Source: Chiloscyllium plagiosum
Taxonomy: Eukaryota
Direction of reading: 5' to 3'
DNA length: 60,045 bases
Assembly: GCF_004010195.1 (NCBI RefSeq)
Contig: NW_025215039.1
Location: 1 to 60,045 of the forward strand
Numbering within the stretch: position 1 is the stretch's first letter; the number at the start of each line of letters is the position of its first letter. The notes below the pieces were generated by a model. That model was not told where the DNA came from. It did not search any database and worked only from the letters and a program-made list of their open reading frames with translations. Shown here piece by piece: positions 52,620 through 60,045 of this stretch. Position numbers and translations under genes: made by a program.

Positions 52620-52662
52620 TGCGAAATCTGGACTTGCATATTTGCCATAACAATGTCCCCAT
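52620..52662 (-). CDS. Putative first coding exon A (43 nt), MGTLLWQICKSRFR
   Basis: Acceptor TTTTACACTCTTGAATTCTTTAG|ATGG, donor CA|GTTAGT; phase 1 joins exon B in frame. Confidence 0.4.
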
Positions 52663-54089
52663 CTAAAGAATTCAAGAGTGTAAAACAAGTGACAAAAGGG
52701 ACATTATTTTGTAGTTTCATCAAAAAAAAAGGAAAAAGAATAAAAGAAAAATCAAACGGTCCAAACACTGAGACATTTCAAGTAAGGCTTCACCCTGAAA
52801 AATGTTCTTAACACTCTTAACTGTGAAGATGCTCTCCACTAATGGCATTCAAAGTCATGCAGCAAGGGGGTGTGGGACACAAATGGATGAGGTACCACAG
52901 CATGTTGTGCAGAAATGTGTCTGGAACCAGAGTACTGTATCATCAATTAATAACAGTCACATCAAGAGGAGTTTTACTTTCCAACTACAAAAAGGTGGGC
53001 TCAGCAAATCAATAAAATCACAATCAACACTCTGGAACAGCAATATATTTGAACATGTACATTCACCCAAAAATATTAGACCATGAAACTAATTGTAACC
53101 TCATAAATCAATTATGCATGTTGGAAGAAAAATAAAACGATCTAGAAGTCACCATCCGAGTGTGGCAGAGGCATGTTCAAATTGTCCAATTCATATTGGA
53201 ATAGGTTTGTTCCAGTTCAGATACTATTTGCAGGGCTACTGTGGAAAAGGCAGGCGAGCGATACCAGCTATATAGCCTACTTCTGTACTGCATCTATTCT
53301 AATTTGCCACAAACCAAAACAGTGCCATTTCAAATGAAATTCAGGACAAGTGACCAAGCTGTTTGAACAAAAACAAACGATCAAAGACATTACACAAAAT
53401 CTTTTATAAATCACTGGTTAGGTTGGGCTACGGTACTCTGTTCAGCAAATCCAAGGACCACACTTTAGGAAAGGCACCAAGGCTTTGGAGAACTGAATTG
53501 ATTTGAATGGAATTGAATTTATTGTCACATGTACAGTGGCACAGTGAAAAGCTTTTTCTTGTGAGCAATACAGGCAGATCACAGAGTTAAGTAGTGTAGA
53601 TAAGTAAATAATAGGTAAACAGCAGCAAATACAAAAACACAGGTACAGACGAATGTTGAGTTTGTTGGTCATGTTAAGAATATGTAAAGGTATGCTACCA
53701 AATCAGTGAATCTAACTCTGTGGAATAACTGGAGAAACTATGATTGCATGCCTGAGTAGATGCAGCTAGCAGAGATATAACAGAGGAAATCAAAGTTATT
53801 AAATAGTTTCTACAGAGTCAATAAGGAGAAAGTGCTTCCAGGAGTAAGAATGATCATTAAGCATGAGGCATGGATTTGACACCTGAACAACTGACAACGT
53901 AAAAATCCAACAAGAAGAGAATGATGAAAGGGTTTTTCCCGTAAAATTATAAAGAAACGGGATAAATTCACAAATGAGTGGGTCAAAAGAAAATGGACAT
54001 GTGGGAAGAACAGGGAGACCAGGACAAATTGGATAACTCCATCGAAGGGTTAGTACAGCAGGGGTGGGCCGAACTGCAATGGTTTAGAG

Positions 54090-54715
54090 AAGCGCACGAT
54101 GGCGGCCCGCGCGCCGTTTCCATGGTGATGGTCGCCAAGGAACGGGGAAGGGGGAAAAGGGGTGGAAGTGACCGCGCGCGCAGTTGCCCAGTGATGGTTG
54201 CCAGGAGCGTGCCGTTACCGTGGCGACGGCTCCCAAGGAGCGCGCGGTTGTCCCGGAGACGGTCGCCAGCAGGCGCGAGGCGGGGCCGGTTCACCAACGT
54301 CGCTTGGTTGGACGGTTCGAATCTGCCTTTCGAAATTAGTTAGGGTGAAGGAGGGAAGCGAAAAAACACGTTCCTCACCTCCCGCCGCCCGCTGACGAGA
54401 AGCTGGGTAAGTGGGCTCGTTCACCTCCAAATTTACTCTCCCACGATGTTGCTGTGGTCCTGGTGGCGCTGCTTGCTTGCCTGCCCTGCTCTCTATCTCT
54501 AGCCTTCCCTCCCCAACTGGCCGGCCGCTGTTCCTCCCGTTCTCAGGCCGGTTGGCTCAACCTAACCTGCCTAGGTCCGCCCCACATGCCCCTGCCTCCT
54601 ATTGGACACAACGATCCTAACTCCGGGTTCAATTGGCTGCAATCTACGTCAATCAAAAGCCAGCCGCACCCCCGAGTCGCTCAGGTTTGATTGACGTGTG
54701 GACCGGAAGTGGCTT
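54090..54715. promoter_or_regulatory. CpG island / promoter
   Basis: Only CpG-dense segment in the window. GC box CCGCCCC near 54577, ATTGG at 54601 and 54632, TGATTGACGT pair at 54646-54697, ETS/GABPA CCGGAAGTGG at 54703-54712. Confidence 0.85.
54116..54274. promoter_or_regulatory. Array of eight RFX X-box-like motifs in four pairs
   Basis: GTTTCCATGGTGAT, GTCGCCAAGGAAC, GTTGCCCAGTGAT, GTTGCCAGGAGC, GTTACCGTGGCGAC, GCTCCCAAGGAGC, GTTGTCCCGGAGAC, GTCGCCAGCAGGC. Confidence 0.65.
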
Positions 54716-54904
54716 CCCTTCATGATCTCAGTGCATTACATCATTGCAATTCCTTAAAGGGCCATGGCAGTGGGTGTGTTTTGAAACTATTCCTCTCTGA
54801 AAGGATTTAGGGTGAAACCAGAACACTGCAGAAATTTGCCAAAGATCCTTAAACTGCACCTGCAAAACCCACAAAAATACCAAAGAACGGCAGACATTGA
54901 AAAT

Positions 54905-55125
54905 CAGAAACAAAAACAAAGCTCAGCAGGTCAGGCAGCAGCTGTGGAGATAATCAAGAGTTCACGTTTCGGGACCACCTCAATTCTGAAGAAGGGTCAC
55001 TGGACCTGACACATTATCTCTGATTTCTCTACACAGCTGCAGCCTGACCTACTGAGCTTTTCCAGCAATTTCTGTTCACATTTCGGGTCCAGTGACCCTT
55101 CTTCAGAACATTCTGTGTTTGTTCC
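54905..55125. mobile_element. Rearranged fold-back PLE (P3)
   Basis: TTCTGAAGAAGGGTCACTGGACC on plus near 54984 and on minus at 55074-55109. Confidence 0.75.
55074..55109 (-). ncRNA. Minimal hammerhead motif (P3), cleavage region mutated
   Basis: GTT-CTGAAGA-A-GGGTC-actg-GACCC-GAAA-TGTG-AAC; other copies give GAAA-CG-TT-AAC. Confidence 0.5.
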
Positions 55126-55334
55126 TTCAAAGCCCATGACCGCTAGAAGGACAAGGGCAGCAGATACATGGTAAAACCATCACCTGCAAGTTCCCCACTA
55201 AGCCATGCACCATCCTGATTCATAAATTTATTCCTGTTCCTTAAAAATTGCTGGGTCAAAATCCTGGGATTCTTTCCTTAACAGCATTGTGGATCAAGCT
55301 ACAAAAGATGAACTGCAGTGGTTCAAGAAGGCAA

Positions 55335-55690
55335 AGAACAAAGAAAATTTACTGCCCAGTAACAGGCCCTCCGGCCCTCCAAGCCTGACCTGATCCAAAT
55401 CCACTGTCTAAACCTGTCGCCCAATTCCTAAGCACCTGTATCCCCGTGCTCCCCACCTACTCATGCATCTGTCCAGAGGCACCTTAAGTGAATTTACCAT
55501 ACCTACCTCTACTACCTCTGCTGGCAAGGTGTTGCCGGCATCTACCACCCTCTGTGTAAAGTACTTGCTGCATCTATCCCCCTTAAACTTTTGACCTCTT
55601 ACCTTGAAAGCATGACCTCTCGCCATTGAATCCTTCACCTTGGGAAAAAACTTATCTCTATCTACCCTGTCTATACCCTTCATGATTTTG
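55335..55690 (-). mobile_element. CR1 3' end nested in an L2-type 3' fragment (about 55130-55765, plus strand)
   Basis: KIMKGIDRVDRDKFFP in ORF 55408-55752; AAAGAACAAAGAA tail. Confidence 0.85.
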
Positions 55691-56974
55691 CACCTCACCA
55701 CCAACACCTTGTGAAGGGAAACAAGGGATGACCAATAAATGCTGGCCAGCACAAGTGAATAAAAAAATTAAAATTTGATGTGAGAACAGTTTGGAACAGA
55801 ATTCATCACTACGTCAGGCAACATGTATTGAGAAAGGAACAGAGTTGACATTTCATCGATAACCCTGCATCTTCATGGTGGAAGATCTGCGGGATGGAGC
55901 AATGGTTAGCAGAGCTGGGCTATTGTCGGACGCTGTAGGTCCAAGTCAGTTTGCCAGTAGCTAGTTGGTTTGCTGGTTCGAATCTGCCTTTGAAATCAGT
56001 TAGACAAAAACCACATTCTGCACTGCTGACCTCCCTGCTTCTGAGCTAGAAGCTCCAGTGTCAAGTCATACTCCAGGGCTTGATGGCTGATGATGGTATA
56101 TTCCTGCCAGACCAAATAGGTTCAAGTATCAGTTTACAAATCTTTCCAATGCACCTAGGGCAGCCAAAGCAGGACAGTGTCCTGGTCATCCAGAACTATC
56201 TGGTAGCTGTCATGCAACAGTCTCACCTTGTTTTTAAAAAATATATAATTGCAGGTTCTTGCCATGACTGTACAATAGATAAAAATCCTCCTTGAATGAG
56301 GATCACCTTTTGCTTCTATATCCAAAGTGTCTAGGCTGACTTTTCAGCCGACAGGTAATGTGGAAGGTGTTATCTTTCAGATGAGATATCAAATCAATGC
56401 GCTATCTGCTCTCTTGTGAACCTGACAGATACCATAGTACTATTTTGCAAAGGAACTGGGGAGTTCATCCTAGAAGGTCTCTTTGAGCAGTAGTGACCAA
56501 CCTGATGTATAACTGTTTTGTTCCACTGATGTTGCCTGGCCTGATGTGTTTCCAACATATTTTGTTTTCATTTTCAACTTCTAGCATGTGCTGTATATGA
56601 CCATACAAGTGTAGGCCATTCATGCCTTGAGCCTGTTCTGCCATTCAATAAGATTGTTTCTGATCTGATTGTCCCATATTCCCACCTACCCTGGATAAAA
56701 TGTCATCCCTTTGCTTATCAAGAATCTACCTACTTCTGTCTTAAAAATATTCAAGAACTCACTTTCACTGTCTTTTGTGTTCAGTATTTTACGAGTATAT
56801 TATGTGTTCATTCTCACGACTCAGCACTTAACCAACATCGCTGAGACAAACTACAGTTTGTGGGAGCTACCTGTGCATAATGGTTTCAGTTCAGTTATTT
56901 ATACCACAGCACAAATGATGCAAACAGACCTTCAAATATACCTTGTTGTTCATAAAGGAAATTGGGATGATGTT

Positions 56975-57279
56975 TAGATTACAGTGTGGAAACAGGCCCT
57001 TCGGCCCAACAAGTCCACACCGACCCGCCAAAGCGAAACCCACCCATACCCCTACCCCTACATTTACCCCTTACCTAACACTACAGGCAATTTAGTATGG
57101 CCAATTCACCTGACCCTGCACATCTTTGGATGGTGAGAGGAAACCGGAGCACCCGGAGGAAACCCACGCAGACACGGGGAGAACGTGCAAACTCCACACA
57201 GTCGCCTGAGGCGGGAATTGAACCCGGGTCTCTGACGCTGTGAGGCAGCAGTGCTAACCACTGTGCCACCGTGCTGTCC
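56975..57279 (-). mobile_element. Young HE1-type SINE
   Basis: GCACGGTGGCACAGTGG head, GGTTCAATTCC B box, GGGCCGAAGGGCCTGTTTCCACACTGTAA tail; CpGs retained. Confidence 0.95.
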
Positions 57280-57531
57280 ACAAGACATAGTAGAAAAACC
57301 AAGTACTTTCTGATGGAAAGGTAAAAATATACATCGTTCAAATAACTTTCATGTAAATTGTTTTTCTCATTACTTCTCACAGGGAGAATGTTCAATAGAA
57401 ACCAACAATGCTGACATTAAGACGGATTTTCAAATTCCCCACATTTTAGTCTTGGCAAATACTGCCCCCTGTTGAGCTCTTGTATAAGCCAGTCAATTCT
57501 GTTAACTTTACAGTTAGTCGCTCAGAACCTG

Positions 57532-57785
57532 TGATGTGGAGGAGCTGGTTTTGGACTGGGGTGGACAAAGTTCAAAGTCACACAACACCAGGTTATAGTC
57601 CAACAGAGGCACGAGGTTTCGGAGCGCTGCTCCTTCATCAGGTAGCTGTGGAACAGGATCATAAAACACAGGGATCTTATGATCCCTTTTCACAGTTACG
57701 TGATGAAAGAGCGGCGCTCCAAAAGCTAGTGCTTCCAAATAAACCTGTTGGATTATAACCTGGTGTTGTGTGATTTTTAACTTCA
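57532..57785. mobile_element. Fold-back PLE insertion (P1), 11-bp TSD
   Basis: CTCAGAACCTG at 57521-57531 and 57786-57796; a hammerhead motif in both arms. Confidence 0.88.
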
Positions 57786-57879
57786 CTCAGAACCTGAAGG
57801 TTGTTGTAAAGAGAGACACATTACCAAAGCTTTTTATTGCCCTTATCGGGATAAACAGATACATGTGATACCACCACCA

Positions 57880-58800
57880 GTTTGGACTGAAAAATGGATA
57901 GATCTAGGTTTTTTTAAGGCACAAGGTTAAATAAAGTGGACATCCAACAGGGGTTGGAGGTTCAGGTGCATAGCTTTTTAAAATGCCATGAACAAGTGCA
58001 GAAAATAGTCAATAAAGCCAATGGAATGTTGGCCTTCATATTGAAAAGGCTGACGTATAAGGAGCAGATGTTACGCTGTAGTTATATAAAATCCTAGTGA
58101 GACCCACTTAGATTACTGTGAGCAGATCTGGCCTCCACACCTGAGAAAGGATGTTTTGGACCTAGTCAACGCATGTTTCCAAGGATGATACCTGTACTTC
58201 AGGGGTTAAGTTATGAGGAGAGATTAGATAAATTAAGCCTAGATTCTGTAGAATTTAGAGGGTCAGGGTGATCTAATTGAGGTTTTCAGGATTCTAACAG
58301 GGAGAAACAGGGTAAATAAAGACAAACTACTTCTGCTAGTTGAAGATTCTAGAACCAGGTGGCATATTCTAAAAATTAAGAGTTGGCCATTCAGGAGAGA
58401 TGGTTGAAAGCACTTCTGCATGCAAAGAGATTTGGAACTCTCTTTCTTAAGCGGCAGTTGATGCTAATTCAGCTATTAGATTTAAATCTGAGATAGACAA
58501 ATTTTTATTAAGCGAGAGTACCGAGGGATATGGGCCAAAGGCAGGCATATGATGTTAAATCACAGAAGATCCATGATCTCACTAAATGGCCAAAGTTAAA
58601 AATCATACAACACCAGGTTATAGTCCAACAGGTTTATTTGGAAGTACAAGCTTTCGGAATGCTGCTACTTCGTCAGGTAGTTTGTGGAGTAGGATCATAG
58701 GACTGAATTTATAGTAAAAGATCATGGTGCATCTCCACATTAATGAATGGTGGAGCAGGCCCAAGGGGTTGAATGGCCAATTTCTGTTCCTATGAGTTCT
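57880..58800 (+). mobile_element. CR1 3' fragment with a minus-strand P1 PLE at about 58592-58720
   Basis: LYKILVRPHLDYCEQIW motif; P1 sequence AAGTTAAAAATCATACAACACCAGG. Confidence 0.8.
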
Positions 58801-59407
58801 CCACCAATCACACACTATGCTGACTTAGACCTATAATGCTATTCCTTCACTGTCACTGGGTCAAAATCCTTAAATTCCCTGCCAATCAGGTCTACACCTC
58901 AAGACTAGCAATGATTCAAGAAGTCATTTCTTCACCATCTTCTCAAGGGCAATAAATGCTGGTCCAGCCAGCAACAACCATATCCAAATACAAAAGAAGA
59001 ATGCCAAATTTTGGCAACATGTGACTTTCTTCAGTAAATTTGCAGAGTATTTTCCAATAGTTCTATTTTTAAAATCGCCAACAGTTATATTTTTTCAGCC
59101 TGCATTTAGTGCTGAGGTTTTCCTTCTTTTTCAGATTTACCTTGTTTTGGCTGAGATGTTATCCTGAGACCATGTCCAGAGGATGTAATGATTTGTAAAA
59201 TTGTCCAGAACTGTGTTACTGGAGGAGGAAATGTAAACAGCATACGCATATACATGAGGGACTTGCAAATTTTATTTTCTTCAACAAACAATTTCTCAGA
59301 CTAAGAATAAGTCAATCGAGGTTATAGCAGGACATTTAGAAATCTTACTGCAATCAGACAGAATCAACTTGGCATAAAAATAGAAATGCTAGAGAAACTC
59401 AGCAGGT

Positions 59408-59658
59408 CATAGTCGTCGTCATAGAGATGTACAGCACAGAAACAGACCCTTCCATCCAATTAGTCTATGCCAATCAGATATCCCAACCTAATCTGGTCCC
59501 ATTTACCAGCACTTGGTCCATATCCCTGTAAACCCTTCCTATTCATATACCCATCCAGATGCCTTTTAAATATTGCAATTGTACCAGCCTCTACCACTCC
59601 CTCTGACAGCTCATTCCATACAAGCATTACCCTCTGCATTAAAAAGTTGCCCCTTTTG
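59408..59658 (-). mobile_element. Young CR1/HER1 3' end
   Basis: WNELSEGVVEAGTIAIFKRHLDGYMNRKG. Confidence 0.9.
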
Positions 59659-59659
59659 T

Positions 59660-60045
59660 CATGATTTGGAGATGCCGGTGCTGGACTGGGGTGTACAAAA
59701 ATCACACAACATCAGGTTATAGTCCAACAGGTTTAATCGGAAGCTTTCAGAGCGCCGCTCCTTCATCAGGTGGTTGTGAAGTACACAATTGTAAGACACA
59801 GAATTTATAGCAAAAGTTTACAGTGTGATGTAACTGAAATTATACATTGAAAAATACCTTGATTGTTTGTTGAGTCTTTCATCTGTTAGAATGACCATGA
59901 GAGTTTCACTTCTTTCACATGTAAATCACAAAACGTTTTTTAAAAGTTAACTCAGGTTAACTGTAACAATTGGTATCAGCCAGATAATATGTTTTAGCCC
60001 CCATGTTCCCTGTTTGTGCCATAATGTTTAGACTGATTCTAATCT
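59660..60045 (-). mobile_element. P1 PLE, truncated by the window end
   Basis: Homologous to 49789-50090 and extends beyond it. Confidence 0.85.

Noticed and set aside
53978..54690. Several overlapping ORFs on both strands
   Set aside because: Expected from stop-poor GC-rich island DNA; the left part is a CR1 tail.
1..60045. CRISPR array, rRNA or intact transposase/RT gene
   Set aside because: No repeat-spacer periodicity or rRNA sequence seen; every retroelement ORF is interrupted.

Overview
Eukaryotic genomic DNA from a cartilaginous fish (shark-like, inferred from HE1-type tRNA SINEs, HER1/CR1 LINEs and DeuSINE-like relics). Most of the window is decayed retroelements: a near-full-length CR1 with an esterase-type ORF1, many CR1, L2-type and Rex1-like fragments, two probable solo LTRs and about 20 Penelope-like (PLE) fragments. 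Nearly all supplied ORFs are LINE debris or chance. Three things stand out. (1) The PLE fragments carry three sequence-distinct families of minimal hammerhead ribozyme motifs with covarying stems, often in fold-back palindromes with 11-14 bp target duplications, the largest being 540 bp. (2) A CpG-island promoter at about 54.1-54.7 kb has a phased array of four double RFX X-box units and a symmetric, probably bidirectional core. (3) A hand-spliced minus-strand gene of short exons runs from that island to about 22 kb; it gives an unrecognised 89-96 aa ORF with a hydrophobic C-terminus plus an overlapping second frame, and could instead be non-coding. Everything was read by eye with no searches or folding run, so boundaries of old repeats are approximate.
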